Of a stretch of DNA of 64,000 nt, positions 18,378 to 27,059 are shown one piece after another. The notes beneath the pieces are model-generated. The model ran no database searches and was not told where the DNA came from. It saw nothing but the letters and a program-made list of their open reading frames with translations. The stretch is from the NCBI GenBank assembly GCA_964642835.1, contig CAZXQA010000001.1, forward strand, positions 132,314-196,313, written 5' to 3'. Made by a program: the position numbers and the translations under genes. Position 1 is the first letter of the stretch; every line of letters begins with the position of its first letter. The DNA comes from an uncultured Candidatus Saccharibacteria bacterium. GTDB lineage: Bacteria; Patescibacteriota; Minisyncoccia; Phycocordibacterales; Zambryskibacteraceae.

Positions 18378-18629
18378 GATATAAAAAGAGGGGAAGCCGT
18401 CTGTGCTTCCCCGGATCGGATGTTGAAGCTTCCTGAACATCCGTTAATTAAAAAATACTTATCGGTACATTGCACTCGAAAAGCTATTGAGAGGTTTTTA
18501 AATGGCGATGTTGCTAATAGCAACTTCTTGTTTACACTAGTTAGCTTAACGGCTTGGTGGGACATTTTTATTGAGCCTTCAAAATCCGAATATTTTAGAT
18601 AATTTAAGAAATAGGTTTTTGCATTGTTC

Positions 18630-18790
18630 TAGATGCTACCCATCTCAAGCAGGGAACTTTTTAGCTATTTTTACACTCGGGCTCATTGCAAAATAAGGCT
18701 ATTCTGGGACTCGGTTCGATTACTAGACCTGCAGCCAACTCATGATAGGTTATCGCGCTCGAGACGCATTAAAACAAGGACACCGTAGCA
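18630..18790 (+). repeat. tRNA-Gln-derived intergenic repeat, copy 3 (long form)
   Basis: CTAGATGCTACCCATCTCAAGCAGGGAACTTTTTAGCTATTTTT…GGACTCGGTTCGATTACTAGACCTGCAGCCAACTCATGATAGGTTATCGCGCTCGAGACGCATTAAAACAAGG. Confidence 0.65.
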
Positions 18791-18839
18791 GTTAATATCT
18801 GGAGCTTTTGTTTAAAATAATATTTTATAAATAAGGGTT

Positions 18840-20270
18840 TTAGTCTAATCGACTAAAAAGATTATGAGGCTTAGCATTAGCCAGAACGGCCTTCTTAATA
18901 AGGTTGCTGGTTTCGGTCATAATCGGATTCAAAAAAAAACCGATGGAGTATAGTTCTTGCACAAGTTGAATAATGATCTCCTGGGCGGCAGATTTATCTT
19001 CTTTCACTAATTTGAATGGCTCGGTTTCTGCTATCTTTTCATCAAGTTCACCGACCTTCTGCCACACAAAATCGCAAGCCGCACGAAAATCATACACTGA
19101 AAGCGCATCCTTAAACTCGGCAGGAAACTCATCGGCAAGGCCTTCCTTGATTGGACCATCAAGATGAGTTTCGGCCATCTTCATTATTCGCGCGGTAAGG
19201 TTACCAAGCCCATTGACCAAATTGGCGGTATAGAATTCGTCCATCTTCTCCCAAGTCAAATCAGAATCGTCAGTAGGGTGAACATGCCGAAGCATAATGT
19301 ACCTCGTTGCATCTGTGCCATAGCGCTTTATCAAATCATACGGATCGATAACATTGCCGATGCTTTTACTCATTTTATGACCACCACTGTTTATAAAACC
19401 GTGATAGAAAACCTGGTCTGTCGAGGGAAGATTGGCGCTTCTAAGCATTGCTTGCCAGATAATAGACTGGAACCTAACTTGATCTTTTCCGGCTAATTGA
19501 AACGTCTCATTTTCTACCCAAAACTTTCGGAACATACCCTCTTTATCTTCAGGCCACCCAAGACATGAAATGTAGTTCACCAGCGCATCGAACCAGACAT
19601 AGACTACGTGCGCATCATCGTCGGGTACCGGGATACCCCAATCCATTCGTGACTTCTCGCGCGAGATAGATAGATCCTCGAGGCCCTGTTTAACAAAATT
19701 CAATGCTTCGTGACGGCGAAAATCAGGTAGAATGACACCCTCTTGTGAGAGATACTGCTCTAGAAAATTTTGATATTTGGAAAGTCGGAAAAAGTAATTC
19801 TCCTCCTCTATTTCCTCCGGTTCGATCTGGTGCTCCGGGCATTTGCCGTCGACCAGGTCGCTTAAATTCTTAAAGGCTTCGCAACCTACACAGTAGAGAC
19901 CTTTATACTTTTTTTTGTAAATATCACCCGCTTCTTCCCACAATTTCCAGATGTGCTGAACGGCGCTTGTGTGGGCGGGGCTTGTGGTGCGGATAAAACT
20001 ATCGTAAGAAAGATCGAGTGCGTCCTTGAGAGTCGTAAACTCTTTTGCGTATTTATCAACGTACTCTTGGCGGTCGATACCTTCCTCATCGGCTTTGCGA
20101 GCTATTTTCTGACCATGCTCATCCACGCCTGTATTAAAGAAGACTTCGTGTCCCAGGGCGCGCCAAAAACGAGCCAGGGTGTCGGCTTGCACAAATTCGA
20201 GCGCATGGCCCATATGCGGCGAAGCATTGACATACGGCAGAGTCGTAGTTATATATCGCGGCTTGTTCAT
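18840..20270 (-). CDS. metG: methionyl-tRNA synthetase (short form)
   Basis: 476 aa. PYVNASPHMGHALEF (HIGH-type), KMSKSIGNV (KMSKS), Zn knuckle CxxC…CPEH. Confidence 0.95.
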   Translation of the reverse strand: MNKPRYITTTLPYVNASPHMGHALEFVQADTLARFWRALGHEVFFNTGVDEHGQKIARKADEEGIDRQEYVDKYAKEFTTLKDALDLSYDSFIRTTSPAHTSAVQHIWKLWEEAGDIYKKKYKGLYCVGCEAFKNLSDLVDGKCPEHQIEPEEIEEENYFFRLSKYQNFLEQYLSQEGVILPDFRRHEALNFVKQGLEDLSISREKSRMDWGIPVPDDDAHVVYVWFDALVNYISCLGWPEDKEGMFRKFWVENETFQLAGKDQVRFQSIIWQAMLRSANLPSTDQVFYHGFINSGGHKMSKSIGNVIDPYDLIKRYGTDATRYIMLRHVHPTDDSDLTWEKMDEFYTANLVNGLGNLTARIMKMAETHLDGPIKEGLADEFPAEFKDALSVYDFRAACDFVWQKVGELDEKIAETEPFKLVKEDKSAAQEIIIQLVQELYSIGFFLNPIMTETSNLIKKAVLANAKPHNLFSRLD

Positions 20271-20337
20271 TGGTATATGAGAATAATATCAGACTATCAC
20301 AATATGCAGTAGTCAAAAATATTGTAGAATATCGGAC

Positions 20338-22062
20338 ATGCAAGTCTTAGGAATAAATACCGGACACGACGCGAGTGTCGCCTTGGTACGAGATGGGATT
20401 TTTGTGGAGGTGGTCAATGAGGAACGCTTTAGTCGTTATAAAAATCACCACGGATTTCCGAATCGTTCGGTTGCCTACATAAAGGAAAAATATCTGATAG
20501 ACTCCTTTGACCGAGTCGTGCTTGTATCTGCTAACGGTCGATATGACACGCCGCTTTTTGGTGATAAGGAAAATGAGGTTTTGCGCAAGCGTACCGGCGA
20601 ACCGCTTTTTATCAAGGCGGCATTCTTTAAATTAGGATTGCTCCAGGTGTGGCGTAATGTTCGGTATTGGTTCCATATCCGTTTCAAACAACCCGCGCTC
20701 AGAAAAAAAATACACGATCTCGTTCGCAAGCATTTCCCGACAGAAGAGATAATACATCTGGATCATCATTTAGCTCATGCTTGGTCAGCACTCGCATTCA
20801 CTGAACAACCGGAAGAGGCCCTCATAATCACTCTCGATGGCGAGGGTGATGGTTTGTGCGGATCGGTAAATTGCTACAAGAACAATCGATTGTCTCGGGA
20901 AATAGCTATCCCCGCCGGAGTCGGTATCGGAACATTGTATGGCAAGGTGACCGAATTTATGGGAATGCGACGCAATGAGCACGAGTTTAAGGTAATGGGC
21001 CTGGCTCCTTACGCTAAGTCGGATGCCGCTGAGCCTTTTCTTATACATTTGCGATCTCTTATCAGCTTTTCGCCGAAATCGCTCTCTTTTTCAACGCCTT
21101 TCCATATGCAGTATGCCAAATATTTTTTTATGTCAAAAACCTTCTCAAACTATCGTTTCGAAGCCTTAGCCAGCGGGATTCAGAAATTTACTGAAGAATT
21201 AGTTACGCAATTTTTAAAGGCGATATTGGACGAGTATCCATCAAAACATGTTTGTGTCGGCGGCGGTGTCTTCATGAATATTAAACTCAATCAGGTTATA
21301 CAGAGGAATTTTCCCGATATAGATCTTACCTTTACACCATCATGCGGAGATGATTCGCTATCAATCGGCGCCGCGAAGTACGGATATGACACTGCCGTTA
21401 ACGGACGTACGAAGCCGATTGAAACTCTATATTTGGGTTCTGAATACACGGATGAAGAAATCGGAGCCACAATCAATGAGTTTTCTGATAGAGATTTTAA
21501 AATCCGACACTTTTCAACGGACGGTGAGATCGAGGACGAGATATCGCGTCTTCTGGCTAAAGGTCATATCGTTGCGCGTTTTGCCGGCCGAATGGAGTGG
21601 GGTTCGCGAGCCCTCGGAAATCGCTCTATTCTGGCAAACCCGTCCGACCCACGGATTATTAGGAAAATTAATGAAGCCATCAAAAATCGTGATTTTTGGA
21701 TGCCGTTCGCGCCTACGATTCTCGATGAGGTAGTGGATGAATATTTGATAAATCCCAAAGCCTCACCGTTTATGATGGTTGGATTTGAAACGACCCCTCT
21801 GGCACAGGAACAAATACCTGCCGCTTTGCATCAGTATGATTTCAGTTGCAGGCCGCAAATTCTCAAGAAGAACGACAATCCGGAATTCCATCACCTGATC
21901 TCGCTCTTTAAGAAAAGAACGGGTATCGGCGCAGTGCTTAACACCAGCTTTAATTTACACGGCAGTCCGATCGTTGAGGGCCCGAAGACTGCTATTACCA
22001 CATTCACGCAATGCGGCCTCACACATCTTGCTATTGGAAACTATCTTTTAGTTAAAGTTTAG
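20338..22062 (+). CDS. carbamoyltransferase (NodU/CmcH family; Kae1/HypF-like ASKHA fold)
   Basis: 574 aa. LGINTGHDASVAL N-terminus and HHLAHA motif typical of NodU/CmcH O-carbamoyltransferases. Confidence 0.8.
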   Translation: MQVLGINTGHDASVALVRDGIFVEVVNEERFSRYKNHHGFPNRSVAYIKEKYLIDSFDRVVLVSANGRYDTPLFGDKENEVLRKRTGEPLFIKAAFFKLGLLQVWRNVRYWFHIRFKQPALRKKIHDLVRKHFPTEEIIHLDHHLAHAWSALAFTEQPEEALIITLDGEGDGLCGSVNCYKNNRLSREIAIPAGVGIGTLYGKVTEFMGMRRNEHEFKVMGLAPYAKSDAAEPFLIHLRSLISFSPKSLSFSTPFHMQYAKYFFMSKTFSNYRFEALASGIQKFTEELVTQFLKAILDEYPSKHVCVGGGVFMNIKLNQVIQRNFPDIDLTFTPSCGDDSLSIGAAKYGYDTAVNGRTKPIETLYLGSEYTDEEIGATINEFSDRDFKIRHFSTDGEIEDEISRLLAKGHIVARFAGRMEWGSRALGNRSILANPSDPRIIRKINEAIKNRDFWMPFAPTILDEVVDEYLINPKASPFMMVGFETTPLAQEQIPAALHQYDFSCRPQILKKNDNPEFHHLISLFKKRTGIGAVLNTSFNLHGSPIVEGPKTAITTFTQCGLTHLAIGNYLLVKV

Positions 22063-22750
22063 ATTCCTGGTGAGTAAATGGGGTATTTATTTCTGATACA
22101 TCCGGGAAAAGCTCTTTTGCGCGCTCGTAATCTTCCGGAGTGTCAATCTCGATCCACTTGGCATCCGAAACGATTGGCGCGACACGAGGTCGCAATTTAC
22201 CTTCGCCGACTCCGACTCCCCACCATTTGAGATGGTCTAGATCCTCGTAGATCGCTTGTAATGCGTCGGAGGTGACTAGAGTACAGACCTCGGCCCCGTA
22301 ACCGTGCTCTTTTGAATACTCAACAATTCTGCCTTCCTTAACTACCACCTTCATCGCTTCCGGATCATCGAAATCAGGGTCGATCAAGGAAACGGATTCA
22401 TGGTATTGATTGTAATTGTCTAACAGGGGCAATAATGCTCCAGGCGAAAGCACCAGGTCGGCATCTATAATTAAAGTATCGGCATATCCGATTGCATCAA
22501 GCGCGATTTTTAAGCCTTGAGCATTATCACCATGCTGATAATCTGGATTTGGAATAAGGGTAACTTCCGTAGATAAACTCGCAAACAGTTCGGACTGATG
22601 GCCTATGACAACATAGATCTGGTTGATGCCGTAACCATGAAGTTGTTTGAGCATGCGCCCAATAATCGACTCCCCTTGGATTTTCAAAAAAGGCTTGGAT
22701 ATCCCATTAAATCGCGAAGCCACCCCAGCCGCCATGATCAGTGCTCTCAT
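22052..22750 (-). CDS. sugar-/alcohol-phosphate nucleotidyltransferase (LicC/MobA-like NTP_transferase fold)
   Basis: 232 aa. LIMAAGVASRF (GxGxR nucleotide-binding loop). Confidence 0.7.
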   Translation of the reverse strand: MRALIMAAGVASRFNGISKPFLKIQGESIIGRMLKQLHGYGINQIYVVIGHQSELFASLSTEVTLIPNPDYQHGDNAQGLKIALDAIGYADTLIIDADLVLSPGALLPLLDNYNQYHESVSLIDPDFDDPEAMKVVVKEGRIVEYSKEHGYGAEVCTLVTSDALQAIYEDLDHLKWWGVGVGEGKLRPRVAPIVSDAKWIEIDTPEDYERAKELFPDVSEINTPFTHQESKL

Positions 22751-22790
22751 AATGCTATTCCTTGTATAAGATTTATACTATAAATATATC

Positions 22791-24125
22791 ATGAGAATTC
22801 AGGCTGGATTAACGGATGCTACGCCTTTTCTACCCCCGTTAGATATAAGGAGTTTTGATGAGTTGGCATCAAATCAAGTTGCCGCCACTCTAGACAAGGC
22901 GGCAGGATTACAGAAATCCGGCATCATTCACATTTCCGCCTCCAGATTGAGAGAGGATAAGGAGACTGGAAAGAAGTATATCGGTGGAGGTGGGCTGGCC
23001 GAAACTCTACGGGACCAGATCCCCCTAGAATCTTCATGCGGATTAAGAAGTTCGCTCTATTTACCGAATGCTCAATCGTCTTACTATCCAATTTGTCAAA
23101 AAATCTTTTCGCAGATTATCGGAGAGACAGACCGCTGTTTGTTACCCTCTGACATCGAAGAATACACGATGACCTGCACAGATCTCCGGCCGCAATTACA
23201 AAAAACGCTTATGCAAGAGCGCCCGGAGATCGTAATAATGCACGACTTTGAATTTTTACCACTGATCAGCGCCGTACCCGATTCTTTAATAAAGATCCTT
23301 CACTGGCATGTTGATTTTCCATCCAACCCTTCTGACTGTATTCCTGTCTTAATGCCATATTTAAAACAATTCGACGTGGCAATAGCTGCCGATAAAGAAA
23401 TTGCCGATAAATTGGCGTCAGTAATCCCAAACACGCGAGTCATATCGCCGAGCGTAAACCCGCAAACGATAAAACTTTCGACACCCACATCATCAAATAG
23501 AAAGAAAATTCTGGAGAAGTTGAGCATCGATTACAATCGTCCCATACTTTCTCAAATCGGAAGAATCTCAAACCAGAAAGACCCCGTATCGGTCGTGAAT
23601 ATCTTCAAGCGTGTGCGCGAAAGATTTCCGGGAACACAACTTGTCTTGGCGGGAATGTTTAATTTACCCGGTGAGGATTTCACGCTTACTTTACAAGAGT
23701 TGAGGAAACAAATCGGTCAAGACCGGGATATACACCTAATTACAAGCCCTTTAGAGATCAGCCCTTTTTCCAATGATGAATTCCTTGCCACCCTCTACTC
23801 TTCGAGTGACATTCTGATAAATATCGGCAAAAACGAAGGATTCGGATTAGTGATGACAGAAGCTATGTGGCATGGCAATATAGTGGTCGCGATGGATTCG
23901 CCTGGCGCCCGCACACAGATTGATTCTGGTCATAATGGCTTTATTATTTCCGACTTGACCCAAGCGGTTGAAAAAATCAGTGATATATTGCGGGAGCCCG
24001 ATAAATTCAAGGGTATAAAAGAGCGCGCGAAACAATCAGTGCGGGACAGGTTCTTAATCACGAATTATATGGAAGATATGATAGATTTGTACAAATCACT
24101 GCAAAAAAACCATGAGTTCAGATAG
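22791..24125 (+). CDS. glycosyltransferase family 1 (GT-B)
   Basis: 444 aa. C-terminal NEGFGLVMTEAMWHGNIVVAMDSPGARTQI donor-binding region. True start may be downstream of 22791. Confidence 0.7.
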   Translation: MRIQAGLTDATPFLPPLDIRSFDELASNQVAATLDKAAGLQKSGIIHISASRLREDKETGKKYIGGGGLAETLRDQIPLESSCGLRSSLYLPNAQSSYYPICQKIFSQIIGETDRCLLPSDIEEYTMTCTDLRPQLQKTLMQERPEIVIMHDFEFLPLISAVPDSLIKILHWHVDFPSNPSDCIPVLMPYLKQFDVAIAADKEIADKLASVIPNTRVISPSVNPQTIKLSTPTSSNRKKILEKLSIDYNRPILSQIGRISNQKDPVSVVNIFKRVRERFPGTQLVLAGMFNLPGEDFTLTLQELRKQIGQDRDIHLITSPLEISPFSNDEFLATLYSSSDILINIGKNEGFGLVMTEAMWHGNIVVAMDSPGARTQIDSGHNGFIISDLTQAVEKISDILREPDKFKGIKERAKQSVRDRFLITNYMEDMIDLYKSLQKNHEFR

Positions 24126-25752
24126 GATAAGCAAGCTTTCCAAACCGCTCTCGGAACATTCAAATCTTACAAGGTTGTTTTCTGATAATCTTTTGGATGA
24201 AGCCAATCTGTTTCTTGCCTCAGTAAATGATGCAGTGTTGAAGGGGCAAGCCAGAATTACGGGTGATGGCGTATCTGAAAGCCACAATGAGCTACTGAAA
24301 CGATTCTCTTTCTTACCAGAAGATACGACAAAAGACCCGTCTTCCGTTTTTCGTAATATCACGAACCATTTATTCTCCAGAGCTCCTCTTTGGAGAAGCC
24401 CCAGTCTCCAATACAATGTAGGAGCTCCGGTAAATGCCGTATCGTCCATACTCTATGGGACGGCAATGGACTTAAATATATTTAATATCAATGATGGACT
24501 GTCCGGAAATGCAATTGTGGCAGAGCATGCTGTCATCCGAATTCTTGCAGAATTGGCCGGGCTCGATCCAAATTCAGTGGCGGGATTCTTCACGTTCGGG
24601 GGCACTGCAACCAATCTATATGCCCTTAAACTGGCTCTGCAAAAAAACATACCTGGCTTGCGTACCGGCGGTCTATCGACCAAAGTAAAAGTCGCCCTGA
24701 CTGCCGACGCACATTTTTCTCATTTCCGCATTCTTGACTGGTTGAGTATTGGAACTGACAACGCATTAGTTTTAGCCGCGCAGAATGATCACACCACCGA
24801 TGTGCTGCCATCTCGCGCGGAACTTGAAGAGGCGCTATCTAACGGTTTCCGCATACCTCTAATAATCCTCAATGGGGGCACCACCTATGACCATGCCATA
24901 GATAATATCGCTGACTTTGTGCAACTTCGGAACGATCTGGTTGAGAAGTACAAATTAGATTACGTGCCACATATACACGCAGACTCGGTAATTGGATGGC
25001 CGTGGTTATTCTTCCGTACTTACGATTTCGAAAAAAACCCGCTTGAAATCGAGGAGCACACACTCAAGCTGATCAATCAGCAGGTCGGATATATCGAGCA
25101 AATTCGCCTGGCTGACAGTTGGGGTGTCGATTTCCACAAAGGAGTCGGCTCCTGTCCCATACCGGCAAGCGTAATTATGATAAACGATCGCCGCGATCTT
25201 CAATCACTCACCACAAAAAAACTCGGACTGCATCAATTAGCCAGTGAATACAGTACCTTTTCACCTGTAGATTTTACGCTAGAGTCATCGCGGCCGGCCG
25301 GCGCACCATTAGCGGCCTTGGGTGCACTTCATGCTCTCGGAACCAAAGGCTTCCAAACACATCTTGCCATTCTGATACAGTCGAGCCAGTTGTTTAGAGA
25401 GCTTATAGCATCACTTGGTCGCGAGGATATTCAAATATTAAACCCCGACTCAAGGGGTTATGTCACAATGCTACGACTGCACCCAGCAATTAATACACAA
25501 GAAAAGGACAACACTTACTTAAAATCCTTCTTTGAATTTGATAAAGAAAATCGGATGAAGCAAGGCGATGGTGTTGAGTATTCGTATACATCTCAATACA
25601 CAGTCGACGCAAGTGGAAAAAATTCGGATGCAATTAAGTTTTATCCGACTTCTCCTTTGATAACATCCCAGCATGTCGAAAAGGCGGTTGAAACTCTCGT
25701 AAAACAAAAAGAACTTTTTGATCAGACCTTCTTTAATTACCAACCTTGTTAG
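24112..25752 (+). CDS. PLP-dependent group II decarboxylase (MfnA/serine-decarboxylase-like)
   Basis: 546 aa. FTFGGTATNLYALKLA, HIHADSVIGW (H-x-D-A-A-x-G type), DFHKGVGSCPIPASV (PLP-Lys loop, cf. DPHKMG..P.P). Confidence 0.75.
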   Translation: MSSDRISKLSKPLSEHSNLTRLFSDNLLDEANLFLASVNDAVLKGQARITGDGVSESHNELLKRFSFLPEDTTKDPSSVFRNITNHLFSRAPLWRSPSLQYNVGAPVNAVSSILYGTAMDLNIFNINDGLSGNAIVAEHAVIRILAELAGLDPNSVAGFFTFGGTATNLYALKLALQKNIPGLRTGGLSTKVKVALTADAHFSHFRILDWLSIGTDNALVLAAQNDHTTDVLPSRAELEEALSNGFRIPLIILNGGTTYDHAIDNIADFVQLRNDLVEKYKLDYVPHIHADSVIGWPWLFFRTYDFEKNPLEIEEHTLKLINQQVGYIEQIRLADSWGVDFHKGVGSCPIPASVIMINDRRDLQSLTTKKLGLHQLASEYSTFSPVDFTLESSRPAGAPLAALGALHALGTKGFQTHLAILIQSSQLFRELIASLGREDIQILNPDSRGYVTMLRLHPAINTQEKDNTYLKSFFEFDKENRMKQGDGVEYSYTSQYTVDASGKNSDAIKFYPTSPLITSQHVEKAVETLVKQKELFDQTFFNYQPC

Positions 25753-25945
25753 CTCTAGACGCTCCCCGTCTCGAGCACGGGAACTTTTAAGCTATTTCTA
25801 GGTTTGGGCTATCGTAAAATAAGGGTATTCTAGGACTCGGTTCGAGTCCCTGTCGGGCAGCCAACTCGTGAGGCGCACAAAACGCGTCAAAACAACGATA
25901 TTTTAGGTCTGCATAGAGCGCACCCGTCTAGGACTCGAATTTTTG
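25753..25945 (+). repeat. tRNA-Gln-derived intergenic repeat, copy 4 (long form, full tRNA 3' module)
   Basis: …GGACTCGGTTCGAGTCCCTGTCGGGCAGCCAACTCGTGAGGCGCACAAAACGCGTCAAAACAACGATATTTTAGGTCTGCATAGAGCGCACCCGTCTAGGACTCGAA. Confidence 0.7.
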
Positions 25946-26488
25946 TGTGTTATTTTTCTCAATCAACTCCTTCATGTGAGAAGCAATTGGTCCTCTAATT
26001 ACATTCTCTAATTTTAAAAGCTCTTCCAATCGTTTAAGACCTTCAACGGTATTCGACTTAAACTCAACCGTATAAAAATCTTTTAGATCGTCCACCCTCT
26101 CTAGATCTATTTGGTCCTCGCCCAGGTCGTATTGCCAGCCAGTACGGTTAAACTCAAATTCATATCGGTATTGATTTAAAAGATTTTCTTCTACAAATTT
26201 AAGAGCTTCTTCTTCAGTTTCAAAACCTTTCTTGAGAGGCACTACAGTATCTACCCCAATTTCTTTCTGTTCGTGAATTTTCACCGCCACCATTACATTT
26301 GAGTCATTCCAAATATTTTTCTGGTAGATTCTCACCCTCAGAAATTCGTCATCTAAACCCTTAGGGGGGTTGTAAGAGGAATAAATCTTGTCTCGTAAAA
26401 TATATTCACCCTTAAAGACGGCTCCATTTTCCTCAAGGGTTTTCCTTGTTGAATCTATTTCGGAAGAAAATGTTCTAGCTTCAATCAT
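25928..26488 (-). CDS. hypothetical protein, possibly CYTH-like (class IV adenylate cyclase / triphosphate tunnel fold), weak
   Basis: Start taken at MIEARTF (ATG 26488-26486; TTATAAT 9 nt upstream on the minus strand). The ORF-track N-terminal extension to 26656 looks non-coding. Acidic beta-rich composition. Confidence 0.3.
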   Translation of the reverse strand: MIEARTFSSEIDSTRKTLEENGAVFKGEYILRDKIYSSYNPPKGLDDEFLRVRIYQKNIWNDSNVMVAVKIHEQKEIGVDTVVPLKKGFETEEEALKFVEENLLNQYRYEFEFNRTGWQYDLGEDQIDLERVDDLKDFYTVEFKSNTVEGLKRLEELLKLENVIRGPIASHMKELIEKNNTQKFES

Positions 26489-26711
26489 GGGAGAATTATA
26501 ACAAATTTCTCTAAATAACAGTGTTCCGAGGAGGGTCCGAATGTTAGAATAAAAAGTGTCAAAAAAGCCTTGCGAGGTCTCGCGGTGGTGGTTCCGAGAC
26601 CGAGAAGGCCAGCAAACTTGAGCTAGCACGAGATGCTTACAAAATAAGCTCTCCAACTAGCCGAGGTCTATCCTGTAATTGCATACCTGCTGAGAGCAGT
26701 ATCCAGAACAA

Positions 26712-26745
26712 AAAGCACCCAGTCGGGTGCTTTTTGTTTTTGACT
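26712..26745. terminator. bidirectional rho-independent terminator
   Basis: AAAAAGCACCCAGTCGGGTGCTTTTTGTTTTT, T/A runs on both sides. Confidence 0.6.
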
Positions 26746-26751
26746 TGCCCT

Positions 26752-26769
26752 ATACCCCCTAGGGGGTAT
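26752..26769 (+). promoter_or_regulatory. putative CsoR operator (perfect 18-bp GC-core palindrome) overlapping the csoR-copA promoter
   Basis: ATACCCCCTAGGGGGTAT between TTGACT (26740-26745) and TATAAT (26769-26774). Resembles known CsoR operators (ATACCC…GGGTAT type). Confidence 0.6.
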
Positions 26770-26774
26770 ATAAT

Positions 26775-27056
26775 ATGTTCATGAAATATATGGAAGATAA
26801 AAGTAAGGGGAAAATTATTCGTCGCCTTAGACTCATTGAGGGTCAGATTCGAGGTTTGCAAAAGATGGTTGAAAGTGACACATACTGTATTGATGTGATC
26901 ACCCAAACTTCTGCAGTCAAACAAGGACTCTCTAGTATTGAAGACTTATTGCTCGAAAATCATCTTGGTGGATGCATTCTGAATCAGGTGAAAGCTGGGC
27001 AGACTGAAAAGGCGAAGCAAGAGATTTTAAAAGTTTATAAGCTAAAGAGAAAATAA
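26775..27056 (+). CDS. csoR: CsoR/RcnR-family copper-sensing transcriptional repressor
   Basis: 93 aa. RLRLIEGQIRGLQKMVESDTYCIDVITQ…ENHL..C: the Cys-His-Cys metal site of CsoR. Start may be 26781 or 26790. Confidence 0.8.
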   Translation: MFMKYMEDKSKGKIIRRLRLIEGQIRGLQKMVESDTYCIDVITQTSAVKQGLSSIEDLLLENHLGGCILNQVKAGQTEKAKQEILKVYKLKRK

Positions 27057-27059
27057 TTT

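Noticed and set aside
25928-26656. Long form of the CYTH-like ORF starting at 26656
   Set aside because: The first 56 codons (MESLFCKHLVLAQVCWPSRSRNHH…) overlap the structured intergenic region and terminator. The internal ATG 26488 preceded by TTATAAT is the more credible start.
26560-26700. Tentative SRP (4.5S) RNA call
   Set aside because: Only word-level resemblance (GAAGG…AGCA). I could not hand-fold the domain IV symmetric/asymmetric loops, so it is not annotated as ncRNA. Left as a low-interest finding.
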